Source of the DNA: an uncultured virus (IMG/VR IMGVR_UViG_3300014656_001812)
Lineage: Duplodnaviria; Heunggongvirae; Uroviricota; Caudoviricetes
Direction: 5' to 3' (one strand)
Length of the DNA stretch: 64,000 nucleotides
Virus record (IMG/VR): IMGVR_UViG_3300014656_001812
Below are positions 18,949 to 28,565 of this stretch, piece after piece. The notes beneath the pieces were generated by a model. The model saw only the letters and a program-made list of their open reading frames with translations. It had not been told where the DNA came from and searched no databases. Numbering within the stretch: position 1 is the first letter of the stretch; each line of letters starts with the position of its first letter. A program made the translations under genes and the position numbers.

Positions 18949-20100
18949 CTAAGGAATACACCTCCTCGGCGCATCAAGAGCAACTATATCATCGCTAGAA
19001 TCGTCAATATCAGTAGTATTAGCCCACGTCAAAGGATTAGAATAATATTGGTATTCAATATTAGGTAAGTAATAGGAATTGATATCTCCCCTTGGTACAG
19101 AGAAGTCCTTCTTGATGACAAATATCCTGAGATTATTATGTTGGTCTATTGTAATCTGCGGACAACAGAAGCCCATTGGAGGTAGACTTAACATAGAAAG
19201 TATTTCTATATCTAGAGGTTCCTCCCATCCATTCCTTGTGCGCCTTCTATATACAAGGGTATAAGCAGCAGCTACCGAATCATAATTGACTATGACAACA
19301 TGGAATGTATCATCATTTGGATTATGTGTGACGGCATAATCGTGTGTCAATGTATCAGAAGCAATATAAACCACTTCTTGCTGTGGCCAAGCAGTACTAG
19401 AATTACCATCCCAAATAGACATATATAATATATTAGAATCGGTGAAGAAAGCAAATACATTATTATAATTATCACATATAATTTCTGGGCTCGCCCCCGC
19501 CGCCTTAATAGTATTCTGCCAATCAATAGGTAGCGTCGGCTCAGCAGAGGGCCCAAAATAGGTTAGTCCAGCAGTGACAGTATCAACACCGGCAATATGT
19601 ATAGTACCAGCTAAGGTTTTATCCAAGTCAAAGCTATAACCAGTATCGGCGATTCTAGCACCTGGAGATTGTACAACACCTAAAGCCGGCGTACCAGTTT
19701 CGGTACGAATACTAAATATATCAAAGAAATTAGACGAATCTTTCTTTGCTACGGCCCAAACATAGTTCTGTCTTACCTTTACATCAACGGAATCGTAATC
19801 AACAGACGTATAATCATCTAGCACAGACCAGGCACCACCTGCTCTCCAACCCGTATCGGCATTCGTCCATAATTCAAGATCTAAAGAACCACTCTCTACT
19901 ATCATATATCCCCAAGTACCAGTTGGTAGCCAGCACCACCCTGTACGCTGAGGAAGAGTCTGAGCAGAAAAAAAGTCCATGCCTACAGATGTACGCGACC
20001 AGGTACTATTTATATCGTCATAGAACGCGACACGCAGTTCATATGCACTACCAAGATTTACATAAAACGCTAAGGGCCAAATATCTCCTCTATCGCTCAT
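18949..20100 (-). CDS. putative beta-rich (propeller-like) virion/receptor-binding protein
   Basis: Repeated beta-hairpin blades (GTIHIA, NNVFAFF, DTFHVV, NNLRIF); lies at the end of the structural operon. Confidence 0.55.
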   Translation of the reverse strand: MSDRGDIWPLAFYVNLGSAYELRVAFYDDINSTWSRTSVGMDFFSAQTLPQRTGWCWLPTGTWGYMIVESGSLDLELWTNADTGWRAGGAWSVLDDYTSVDYDSVDVKVRQNYVWAVAKKDSSNFFDIFSIRTETGTPALGVVQSPGARIADTGYSFDLDKTLAGTIHIAGVDTVTAGLTYFGPSAEPTLPIDWQNTIKAAGASPEIICDNYNNVFAFFTDSNILYMSIWDGNSSTAWPQQEVVYIASDTLTHDYAVTHNPNDDTFHVVIVNYDSVAAAYTLVYRRRTRNGWEEPLDIEILSMLSLPPMGFCCPQITIDQHNNLRIFVIKKDFSVPRGDINSYYLPNIEYQYYSNPLTWANTTDIDDSSDDIVALDAPRRCIP

Positions 20101-20108
20101 ACATCACC

Positions 20109-21542
20109 TTAAACATACCATACAGTAACCATAACATCGGCGTCATAATCATTATAGATATCAACCGTCAGATTGCCACTAGACTTATATGTATCAATTA
20201 TTATTAACTTCCCAGCGACAGGACCTTCTTTGTCATCCAATTTCCAGACTCTATCAGAGTCAAGATACCTATATTGGACATCTATCCAATGATTTATGGC
20301 AGCATCGCCTATTGCGCCGCAATCAATGCTCGTAGTCCTCAGTATCTGACAAGTAGTCTCCAAAGAACTAGATAAGCCTCCCCCTCCTCCACTGAAACCA
20401 GATATTCCAGAGAATCCTGACGCTCCGACGGGACCAGAATATCCACTAATTCCTGACCATCCACTATAACCAGAAATGCCCGAATACCCACTAAATCCTG
20501 AATCTCCTTTGGTACCGGGTGCACCACCGGCTCCACTATAGCCAGAAAAACCACTGTATCCCGAGAATCCGCTATAGCCAGAAGTACCAATACCAGTATC
20601 GCCAGAATAACCACTATAGCCTGATGTGCCAGGGGGACCAGTATCACCAATCTCTCCTTGAACCCCACTATATCCAGAGTACCCTGACAATCCCGAATAT
20701 CCGCTCTCTGCCGCCGCGCCGTCTTGGCCACTATATCCAGAAAAGCCAGAATAACCTGAGCGGCCAGAATATCCACTAAGACCTTGAAGCCCCTGAGCGC
20801 CAGGACTACCAGAATATCCGCTGTACCCGGAAAGACCACTATAGCCAGAAGTTCCTGCTCCACTAATGCCCGAATATCCTGACACGCCGGGCGGAGCCCA
20901 GCCAAAACCAATGAAATCACCATTGGTAAATGAATTATTGCTTGCTTGGTAATCTACTTCGTATTTATGATATCCTACAAGAGCTCCTTCTCCGGTAATG
21001 ACATAATGAGCAAATGTAGTCTCGTCTCTATCATCAAATATACGGACGTGACCTTCTATTATATCATCAAGGACTCCCTGTACGTTCGCGCCATTCCTAT
21101 CGGTGTCGCTAATATAAATTTCAGTGACGGCGGCCATTGATACATTATTGAACTGTATCGTACCAGTAGCAGGTGGCTCTGAAACAGCAGAATTATAATT
21201 ATATAGTAATGTCCACCCGCCAGTGATCCCTCTGTATCCGCTATAACCAGAATATCCACTATAACCAGAGTATCCAGAAATACCAGACGCACCAGTGGGA
21301 CCACTAAAACCGCTAAAGCCAGAATAGCCAGATTCTCCGCCACCGCTGCCTCCAGAACCAGCAAGCCCCGCAGGACCACGTGCGCCACTGTATCCCGAGA
21401 AACCCCGTGGACCCTGAGGTCCTTTACGCCCCTTAGGACCACCATAGCCACTATAACCAGAAGGGCCCAATGGCCCCACTACTGGTTCGTCAAACTCCCG
21501 AGGAGTATCGACTACATCTTCTTCAAATAAAGGTAAAGGCAT
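20109..21542 (-). CDS. collagen-like tail/capsid fibre with Gly-x-Ser triplets
   Basis: Two G-x-y blocks dominated by SGY/SGF/SGI, flanking a globular PPATGTIQFNN domain. Confidence 0.85.
   Translation of the reverse strand: MPLPLFEEDVVDTPREFDEPVVGPLGPSGYSGYGGPKGRKGPQGPRGFSGYSGARGPAGLAGSGGSGGGESGYSGFSGFSGPTGASGISGYSGYSGYSGYSGYRGITGGWTLLYNYNSAVSEPPATGTIQFNNVSMAAVTEIYISDTDRNGANVQGVLDDIIEGHVRIFDDRDETTFAHYVITGEGALVGYHKYEVDYQASNNSFTNGDFIGFGWAPPGVSGYSGISGAGTSGYSGLSGYSGYSGSPGAQGLQGLSGYSGRSGYSGFSGYSGQDGAAAESGYSGLSGYSGYSGVQGEIGDTGPPGTSGYSGYSGDTGIGTSGYSGFSGYSGFSGYSGAGGAPGTKGDSGFSGYSGISGYSGWSGISGYSGPVGASGFSGISGFSGGGGGLSSSLETTCQILRTTSIDCGAIGDAAINHWIDVQYRYLDSDRVWKLDDKEGPVAGKLIIIDTYKSSGNLTVDIYNDYDADVMVTVWYV
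20380..20885 (-). repeat. 9-nt periodic coding repeat (SGY/SGF), block 2
   Basis: Degenerate units such as gaatatcca/ctatagcca/ctataacca, in frame within the CDS. Boundaries approximate. Confidence 0.8.
21225..21470 (-). repeat. 9-nt periodic coding repeat (SGY/collagen), block 1
   Basis: Encodes SGYSGYSGYSGYSGY and GPKGRKGPQGPRG. Boundaries approximate. Confidence 0.8.
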
Positions 21543-21545
21543 TAT

Positions 21546-22745
21546 TTAACCCAATTCATTATCAACAGCCGCGTGCCAATGCACATACACGCCGCTAAAC
21601 ATGCTGGCATTATCTTCTGCACACACAAAATAGAATGTAAAACCATTCGAATTCTTATTATGAATAAAGGGACCACTAATGCCAGTGCTACTTACAATCC
21701 AATCAGGATTTGTATCTTCGGCCCTCACTGTCATTTGTATAATCGGGGATTGCCCCATAGTAGCAAAGGCAAACGGAGAATCAAAGGCAACAGTATATGA
21801 ATAGAGATATACTCCATCAGAGAGTTGTGAAGAGATACCCTGTAGGTCTGGCGTCTCGCTCGCCTTATATGCGTAAGCGTGCGACATCCTAGTCATTATA
21901 CCAGTAGATGAATCCGCTAGTCCAAGAGTCGTTAATTTACTATCAGCGTTCGCGGTTGCGTTAATATCGCCATAGAAGATTCTATTATCAGTCTGTTGCT
22001 GACTATTGAGCCAGTTAATCATTCCTACAACATTTTGATATGGAGCACTAGTCACAAAAGGATTATCTGGCCAATTTCTTATCTCCATAACGGCAGCAGC
22101 AGCATTCGCGGTGCCCGTACCTTTAGCCAAAAGAGAAACGCGATCCAAAGCATAGGTTAAATGCCCTAGAACAGCCTCCATTGATCTCTCAGCCCGCGTA
22201 ATACCATATCCTTCTATGACTCCTCCACCATAAGGATAGGGATTAGTACCAGTAATATACTCCCCATCATAGTACACATTGCGTTCTAGTTTACGCACGC
22301 GAGCCCAACTATATGTACCAGTAGTATATGTCATCCACAAGGCAGTAGCGATATTAAAGTTTGGATCTTCAACAATAGTATCATATCCTATATAGTCATT
22401 CATAAACTGCCAGAAAAGATTCTTAACACTTCTAAGTTCCCAATCTATATCAAGAATAGCCCTGTAAGCATCCTGCATATGGACACCGTACACAGGACTA
22501 TTGGGGATGATATAGGAATCCCAGCTGTCCGTGGCAAAAGAGAATGTACCAACTGGCATTGGTCCATATTCATCAGACCAGCACCTACGAAGAATCGCCT
22601 GTCGCATATTGCGACTCGTTGGCGCTTGACTAGGACCATGACTAGCACCATTGACCAATAGATTATAGCTTCCACGAGTCGCATCCAGCCGTCCACGTAT
22701 AGCACTGGTGTCCTTCATCGTAGCAATTGTGGCGCTTACAGTCAT
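21546..22745 (-). CDS. putative tail fibre / structural protein
   Basis: C-terminal VAFDSPF...P.I...SNGFT...VHWHA resembles fibre-tip (gp53/H-type lectin-like) domains. Confidence 0.6.
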   Translation of the reverse strand: MTVSATIATMKDTSAIRGRLDATRGSYNLLVNGASHGPSQAPTSRNMRQAILRRCWSDEYGPMPVGTFSFATDSWDSYIIPNSPVYGVHMQDAYRAILDIDWELRSVKNLFWQFMNDYIGYDTIVEDPNFNIATALWMTYTTGTYSWARVRKLERNVYYDGEYITGTNPYPYGGGVIEGYGITRAERSMEAVLGHLTYALDRVSLLAKGTGTANAAAAVMEIRNWPDNPFVTSAPYQNVVGMINWLNSQQQTDNRIFYGDINATANADSKLTTLGLADSSTGIMTRMSHAYAYKASETPDLQGISSQLSDGVYLYSYTVAFDSPFAFATMGQSPIIQMTVRAEDTNPDWIVSSTGISGPFIHNKNSNGFTFYFVCAEDNASMFSGVYVHWHAAVDNELG

Positions 22746-22754
22746 ATTCTTACT

Positions 22755-23153
22755 CTACTCCTTCTTTAGAACAGCGACTCTAATATTATCAAGTTGTATG
22801 AACTTGAACTTGTCGCCTAGTTCCCCAGTGAGATATTTCTGTACTATATGTGAACCAAATCCAGGCATATGTACAGTAACATTATCAAAACTATCTATAT
22901 CCACATCTATGGTCTGTGCGCGTTGCAGTACACCAGAAAATTTATGCGACCCAAGCTTATCAAAGAATTCGTCGTACAATTCTTGCGCCACAGACTCTTT
23001 TGGTTCATTTACAACAAGAGGGGCAATCTCTACGATGTCAATAACAGTATTCAGTTCTGATTCTCCTGATTCGTGCAGGTCTGAGATTTCTTCCTCTGTT
23101 GCCTCTCCTGTCTGCTTCTTCCTCTTCTTCTTGGTTTTCTCCTCTTCAGCCAT
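22755..23153 (-). CDS. hypothetical protein with a charged N-terminus
   Basis: AAGGAGA SD; same strand as the operon. Confidence 0.7.
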   Translation of the reverse strand: MAEEEKTKKKRKKQTGEATEEEISDLHESGESELNTVIDIVEIAPLVVNEPKESVAQELYDEFFDKLGSHKFSGVLQRAQTIDVDIDSFDNVTVHMPGFGSHIVQKYLTGELGDKFKFIQLDNIRVAVLKKE

Positions 23154-23214
23154 CGTATAGTCTCCTTAATAGATTTGTTAATTTGTCGAGAATGAATAAT
23201 ATTCAAACTACTCA

Positions 23215-23616
23215 TTATGTTTTATCCCAAAATGAAACTTTGGTTCCTGCGCGGATATCAACGTGAGTGAAATTTTTGTAGTATCCTACGCCTCCGCCTT
23301 CTCCAATATAATGAAGTCGTGCTGTCATAAATCCTCTAACAAACTGCTGAACCTGTGCAGAAGTCATTCCTTTAATCTGAATATCCGCGGCGTTAGCCTT
23401 TAGATGCTGGCTCTTTGTTGCCCCACCGCACGCCTTATTGTAAGCGGTGGTGCGATACCCAGACGTAATACGAATACTCTTACCTATGACATCCCTCATA
23501 GGCTGTAAAATTTCCTCAACGATACGCCTCACATTCGGCTTATACTCTTCTGGAACTTCCGCTCCGTCTCGGCAATTGAACTCTGAATACGAGAAATTTT
23601 TACTGATATCTCCCAT
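23215..23616 (-). CDS. peptidase M15A family zinc peptidase (probable endolysin)
   Basis: Motifs ITSGYR, SQH, AADI and GVGYY..FTHVDIR. Confidence 0.92.
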   Translation of the reverse strand: MGDISKNFSYSEFNCRDGAEVPEEYKPNVRRIVEEILQPMRDVIGKSIRITSGYRTTAYNKACGGATKSQHLKANAADIQIKGMTSAQVQQFVRGFMTARLHYIGEGGGVGYYKNFTHVDIRAGTKVSFWDKT

Positions 23617-23825
23617 TATACTCCTCCATTCTCTGGTTCTTCTTCTAGTGCTTCAGAACCATAGACCTTATTAAGTAGATAAATCACTGCATATATTGAG
23701 AAAACAAGGATGTAATGCCACGGTTGCGTCGCGCCATTCGTTGATAAAACATAAATTGTAAGGACGAACGCAATAGCCACGCGCGACGACATCCTTTGTA
23801 TAACCCCAGTTAGTAATTCAACCAT
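23616..23825 (-). CDS. putative holin (two hydrophobic segments)
   Basis: 69 aa with two TM-like stretches, coupled to the endolysin. Confidence 0.55.
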   Translation of the reverse strand: MVELLTGVIQRMSSRVAIAFVLTIYVLSTNGATQPWHYILVFSIYAVIYLLNKVYGSEALEEEPENGGV

Positions 23826-23833
23826 TTTGTCAC

Positions 23834-24076
23834 CTAGCTAAGAAATCTTGATAGAATCGCAAAAGCCGCGGCCAACACTCCCCCAAGGGCTCCCCAGATA
23901 CCCGCCTTAACTTTAAGCATAGCTATCTCTACCTGAATTACATTCAGTTTCTTATTATATTCTTCAAGTAATTTATTATGTCTTTCTAGCTCGGCCAAGA
24001 CAAGTCGAGAGTATTCATTCCACCCATTTGTGTGCTTACTATCAGTAGGCTGGGATTGCTCTAAATTATCATTCAT
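23834..24076 (-). CDS. putative holin-like membrane protein (coiled coil + C-terminal TM)
   Basis: LKVKAGIWGALGGVLAAAFAIL; lysis cassette context. Confidence 0.55.
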   Translation of the reverse strand: MNDNLEQSQPTDSKHTNGWNEYSRLVLAELERHNKLLEEYNKKLNVIQVEIAMLKVKAGIWGALGGVLAAAFAILSRFLS

Positions 24077-24078
24077 AG

Positions 24079-25005
24079 CTATCTCCTAATAATAATCTTA
24101 TGTAGGGCCATAGTCGACTCGGGCATAGTCACACGAATGGTAGATTTCATCACATCAGCAGACGCCGTCGCGGACACAAGCGTCACAGTCTGCCCAACAA
24201 CATCATACTTATAGTATTCTATTGACCTAACTATAGGCATAGGCAAGGGCGTTATAATGAAGTCGCTTGTTAGTGTCTGTCCTATGTGCTTAACACTGAA
24301 GGCATCTATTCCTTTTATAGCATCATACCCAGAAATCTTTACTCTGACGGCTGTCGCTCTAATATTACTAAGATATAGGTCATATATCCGTCTCGATGTA
24401 TCGATGAATAGAGTAGTCCAAGTCGAAGGGCTCTCGGGCGCGAAGCTATACTCGAAGCGCTTTATATAACTTCCAGCAGTAGGAATAATTCTAATATTAT
24501 TAAGATATTGAGTTGTATACTGATGGAGATATACCGTAACATTGATATCAGAATCACATTCAGCTATCCACGGCTTATTATTGAGCCAGGCATCGTTCCT
24601 AGAGACAGTATGAACAGTATCTCCAGATTCTACGAGTAATCTATCAGACATCCTTTCTTCAGAATGGATAATAGTCTTGGCGATACTTCCAAATTTATTA
24701 TCTATAGGCACGCCGTCTGAAGCAATAGTATAGCGACCTCCCCCTAGAACTATAGCATCGCTTGTCATAAACGGAGTGATGACCATACTATCAGGACGGG
24801 GGACGCTAGCGAGACTATCTCTTATAGTAGATTGTAAGGTTTCTCGCTCATTGATAAGAGCACCAGAATGTTTCATCATTACCGAGACATCTCTCGCCGC
24901 CTTGACCAGAGAATAATGTGTATTGTTATACTTCTCAATTAGAGAATTACATAACAGATTAATATCTCTTGAATTAAGACCACCAGAATATATAAATCGT
25001 GTCAT
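24079..25005 (-). CDS. virion structural protein
   Basis: Long ORF in the tail/baseplate operon. Confidence 0.6.
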   Translation of the reverse strand: MTRFIYSGGLNSRDINLLCNSLIEKYNNTHYSLVKAARDVSVMMKHSGALINERETLQSTIRDSLASVPRPDSMVITPFMTSDAIVLGGGRYTIASDGVPIDNKFGSIAKTIIHSEERMSDRLLVESGDTVHTVSRNDAWLNNKPWIAECDSDINVTVYLHQYTTQYLNNIRIIPTAGSYIKRFEYSFAPESPSTWTTLFIDTSRRIYDLYLSNIRATAVRVKISGYDAIKGIDAFSVKHIGQTLTSDFIITPLPMPIVRSIEYYKYDVVGQTVTLVSATASADVMKSTIRVTMPESTMALHKIIIRR

Positions 25006-26234
25006 ACTTTCGGCTCCTTATGATAGACTACAAATGGACGAATGCCATAGTCTGAGGGCAGCATCGCTGTACTCGTACTGCTAGGAACACCGATATACGA
25101 TCCGTTCTCTGGTGATCCTACTATTTTGAGATAGATATAACCAAATGAGGAAACAGGATTATCCTGAACAAGCGGATCTATATTAATTTTAATGCGCTCG
25201 TAATCATCACCAGAATCCAAAGTAATTCTACGGCTCACGATATGTTTCCATATGAATGTGGCATATGTATCCACGAATTCGGTAGGGGGAAGAGAAGGAT
25301 AAATATAAGTAGCATAATATATATTAACATATCTTGTCTTGTTAGTCAAAGGTCTCAAATAGAGATACAGATAACCATAGCGATATCCACTAGGAGGAAC
25401 TTCCACATAACAAATCCTATTATCCCCAAATAGACTAGGATTTTCCCAAGGCAAAATGGGCATCGTATTGAGACGATAGAGATAGTCACCAGATATATCG
25501 AATGACGCAATCTGCTCATTGTAATGCGAGTAAGAAGAAGCCACATCCTCAATGTGATCCTGTTGAGCAACTTTTCCTATCAAGGAAGACATATTGGTAT
25601 GTTTCCTTGTTGTGCTAGAAATATGATCAGACAAAGAATTAAGTCTAAATGTCCTGATGGTATCTCCATAGAAGAAATTATAGTCCATAAGAGTGGAACT
25701 TTCTACACCACTAACAACGGCAATGATGTCATCCCACGGATTATATGAATACGATATACTAGATTCTGTACTACTATTGCCCGCCGCGTCAAAAGATCTA
25801 AAGCCTATAGAATTGACACCGCTATAAAGCTCTACACTACCGTAAAATATACCATATTTATCGGTATCAATCGTCGTTAGTCCATTGGTAGAAGATACTG
25901 TTACCGCGCCACTCTCGTTGATAACTCCTTGAAAGAACAAAGTACCAGTAGAAGTACTAGAATACCAGAGAGAAGGCGTAGATGGACAGATGAAATCTCC
26001 AAATATTGTAGTCGTCGAGACATCCCCAACATCATTGGAGAGATATATATAGTTTAGTCCGTCATATACTACAACATTAGTGGTCCAGTCACCCTCAACG
26101 ATATATGCAACATGGTCAGCAGACCCATACACAGGATGGGACACTGTTATAAAGGCAACGCTACCATCAGAACGCCCCTTTAGGAGCACTGATTGAGACG
26201 AGACAGGGGCATATGGATATGTAAGCCTAATCAT
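25002..26234 (-). CDS. Ig-like domain virion protein
   Basis: Ig-like signatures GDWTTNV..YDGLN and VELYSGVNSI..SFDAAGNSS. Confidence 0.7.
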   Translation of the reverse strand: MIRLTYPYAPVSSQSVLLKGRSDGSVAFITVSHPVYGSADHVAYIVEGDWTTNVVVYDGLNYIYLSNDVGDVSTTTIFGDFICPSTPSLWYSSTSTGTLFFQGVINESGAVTVSSTNGLTTIDTDKYGIFYGSVELYSGVNSIGFRSFDAAGNSSTESSISYSYNPWDDIIAVVSGVESSTLMDYNFFYGDTIRTFRLNSLSDHISSTTRKHTNMSSLIGKVAQQDHIEDVASSYSHYNEQIASFDISGDYLYRLNTMPILPWENPSLFGDNRICYVEVPPSGYRYGYLYLYLRPLTNKTRYVNIYYATYIYPSLPPTEFVDTYATFIWKHIVSRRITLDSGDDYERIKINIDPLVQDNPVSSFGYIYLKIVGSPENGSYIGVPSSTSTAMLPSDYGIRPFVVYHKEPKV

Positions 26235-26640
26235 TATATCCTCTCTTCTTCCAGCGAGACTTCATTTTGGCATATATAGAGGGAGATTGTTCTCTCACCT
26301 TTTGAATAAGGAGTTTGTGACATAAGACTTCCTCGTGCCACACCACAATCAGAGTGATTTTCTTCTCTTTACACTGACGCGCCTTCTCCTTGTCTCTGTT
26401 CTTCATCTTCTCAAATCCAGAGATACTCTTATGAAAGAACTTTACATAATTAGTATGCTGTTGTCCGTGATGCTCGAATGCTAACTTTAGACTAGGGATA
26501 TAAAAATCCAGTTGTTTAGGATAACCCTTGGGTGTTAATAAGAAAGAGTGAAAACCGTTCTGTACCCAAGTAAGTTCCCCGAACAGGTCCCTAAGCAATG
26601 AAAAAAGCTTTGTCTCCCTTGTAAATTGTGATTTACGCAT
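26227..26640 (-). CDS. Vsr/DUF559-like endonuclease (possible homing endonuclease)
   Basis: QLDFYIPSLKLAFEHHGQQH..FFHK...RDKEK..C...ITLIVV; strongly basic. Confidence 0.78.
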   Translation of the reverse strand: MRKSQFTRETKLFSLLRDLFGELTWVQNGFHSFLLTPKGYPKQLDFYIPSLKLAFEHHGQQHTNYVKFFHKSISGFEKMKNRDKEKARQCKEKKITLIVVWHEEVLCHKLLIQKVREQSPSIYAKMKSRWKKRGYND

Positions 26641-28561
26641 TGAGCGTTACCGAGAAATCCTGTAGCACAGGCGTCCAATCAGAACTTGTTCTCTTAAGAC
26701 GAGCAACGAGCCTCATATCTGTTACATAACTCTCAGCTACAGACTCATATGCCATAGCTAAAGGGTATACATTTCTATAAAAGACAAGATCATATGTACC
26801 CGCTCCACGGCGACGTATCCCCGCGTGATTAGCAGACAAATTCCTACGGGCAAACAGAACATCATCATATGGAACAAGTTTCAAAAATCCCTGCTCGTAG
26901 GATATGAGATGTTTCAAGAATTCCTTACAAAGATTCTGTAGATTAACGACAGTAGCATTAGTAGCAGACCTATCGGTAGCGTAACCAAGATTCCAGCGAT
27001 AACCTACAAGATCTATTTTATTGAACTGACCAGGAACTAGAGAAAGCCTGACGCGAATCTCTTCCTTTATAGAACCAGCATTAACAGAAAGGATGGAGTT
27101 ACCATTTAAGTAAATCTGTCCTCGTACATTCTTACAATATATATATGTATCTATATCAAGACTTGATAACCCCATTGGATAGACATAGAAGGTGGCCTTG
27201 ACATTATGATTATCCAGATTTTTATCTCGTAAAACGATATCGCCACTGGGATTAGGATCATTTGGCCATGTCATTATATGAAAAGAAAATCTTCGCTCGA
27301 ATACACTTACACCGGGAGGGAGATTGTACCAGTCATTGATTGATGGATGATGCTTCTGATATGGATAAGTATATGACGAATACTTAAAACGCAATATCGC
27401 GGGTGCCATTATAAGACTACTTAAAGCTATATCCTGAAGTTTTATGGTATCAAACCATAATTTGTCTATATTGAGCCGAGAACGCCACCTAACTTCTGAT
27501 ATTATAGGCTGTGAACGGTTAAACGATAGAGTATCTCCGGGACGAATGAAAAGCTCGTTATCACTAGTATCTTTAGCTACCAAAGCAAAAGTAGTAGAGT
27601 CTAAGTTAACACCATTTACGTCAAATCTCACGCTTCTGGCGAATACCGGCTCTTTGATGAGATTCTTACTAGTCCAAGTAGCTCTCTCTTCATATTCTTG
27701 ATTCGAGATATATAGACGAGAGAACCCAATGGTACAAATATTCTCTTGATTTAAATAGACAGTGGGATTCGATATATCAATATGTATCTTTTCGGCGAGA
27801 GAGAAGATATTAGCTACAATGTCTCTACCAATAGACCCCTGTTCTGGATACGTGATTACTCCTTTATATTCGGACAATATCTCTATCTTTGAGCCGAACA
27901 TCGCAACACAAGAGAGAGAGAGCTGACGCGCCGCAGATTTTAGAGTACAAGTAATTCTATATTTAATAGTAGCAGGAGACTCTGTAATAACAGTTCTTGC
28001 CCAAACATTGTGGAATAAAATACCCGAACCCTTATCTCCAGTATCAGATATGATTCCTGCACCTAAAAGCATTTTCGAACTAATATCAAAATCAATAGCA
28101 TTATTAGAGAGAACAAATGGTAATTGAATAGATGAGCCATTTGGAAGCGTATAGACTTCCGAATGCCTGAAATCCGTTATATCTGGATCGGAGAAGAGCC
28201 AACAACTAGCACCAACCGTCTTATTGGTCGAATCTATCTCTTTCTCTTTAGCAATTAGATGAAGTTTCCGTATGTGCCCATCAAGAGAATCAAGCTCGTG
28301 AAATATAACCTTATCATTTAGATACAAGGATAAAAGTTCTTCGTTGAGAGAATGAAATAGATAGTCGAGATCATAACGTGCATTATTAGCCCAAGAACTT
28401 ATATCCATCGGAGAGGACCTGCCGTCTTCAGCAAATTCTGGTTCGCGGGCAATAGGAGGATTGTCTGCTATATAAAGACTTTCTATAATATTCGATCCTT
28501 CTGGTCTCTCTCCTGATACAAGAAGCCCGTGTTTAAGGCGCTTTTTTAACCATTCCCTCAT
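26633..28561 (-). CDS. baseplate/tail structural protein
   Basis: Long ORF; C-terminal RLVARLKR...TPVLQDF pattern shared with neighbouring structural proteins. Confidence 0.6.
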   Translation of the reverse strand: MREWLKKRLKHGLLVSGERPEGSNIIESLYIADNPPIAREPEFAEDGRSSPMDISSWANNARYDLDYLFHSLNEELLSLYLNDKVIFHELDSLDGHIRKLHLIAKEKEIDSTNKTVGASCWLFSDPDITDFRHSEVYTLPNGSSIQLPFVLSNNAIDFDISSKMLLGAGIISDTGDKGSGILFHNVWARTVITESPATIKYRITCTLKSAARQLSLSCVAMFGSKIEILSEYKGVITYPEQGSIGRDIVANIFSLAEKIHIDISNPTVYLNQENICTIGFSRLYISNQEYEERATWTSKNLIKEPVFARSVRFDVNGVNLDSTTFALVAKDTSDNELFIRPGDTLSFNRSQPIISEVRWRSRLNIDKLWFDTIKLQDIALSSLIMAPAILRFKYSSYTYPYQKHHPSINDWYNLPPGVSVFERRFSFHIMTWPNDPNPSGDIVLRDKNLDNHNVKATFYVYPMGLSSLDIDTYIYCKNVRGQIYLNGNSILSVNAGSIKEEIRVRLSLVPGQFNKIDLVGYRWNLGYATDRSATNATVVNLQNLCKEFLKHLISYEQGFLKLVPYDDVLFARRNLSANHAGIRRRGAGTYDLVFYRNVYPLAMAYESVAESYVTDMRLVARLKRTSSDWTPVLQDFSVTLNA

Positions 28562-28565
28562 AATA

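Noticed and set aside
20380..21470. CRISPR array or non-coding tandem repeat
   Set aside because: Units are 9-nt, degenerate at synonymous positions, in frame within a CDS, and have no spacers.
23154..23214. Promoter in the AT-rich gap upstream of 23153
   Set aside because: A TTGAAT is present on the minus strand but there is no convincing -10 at proper spacing.
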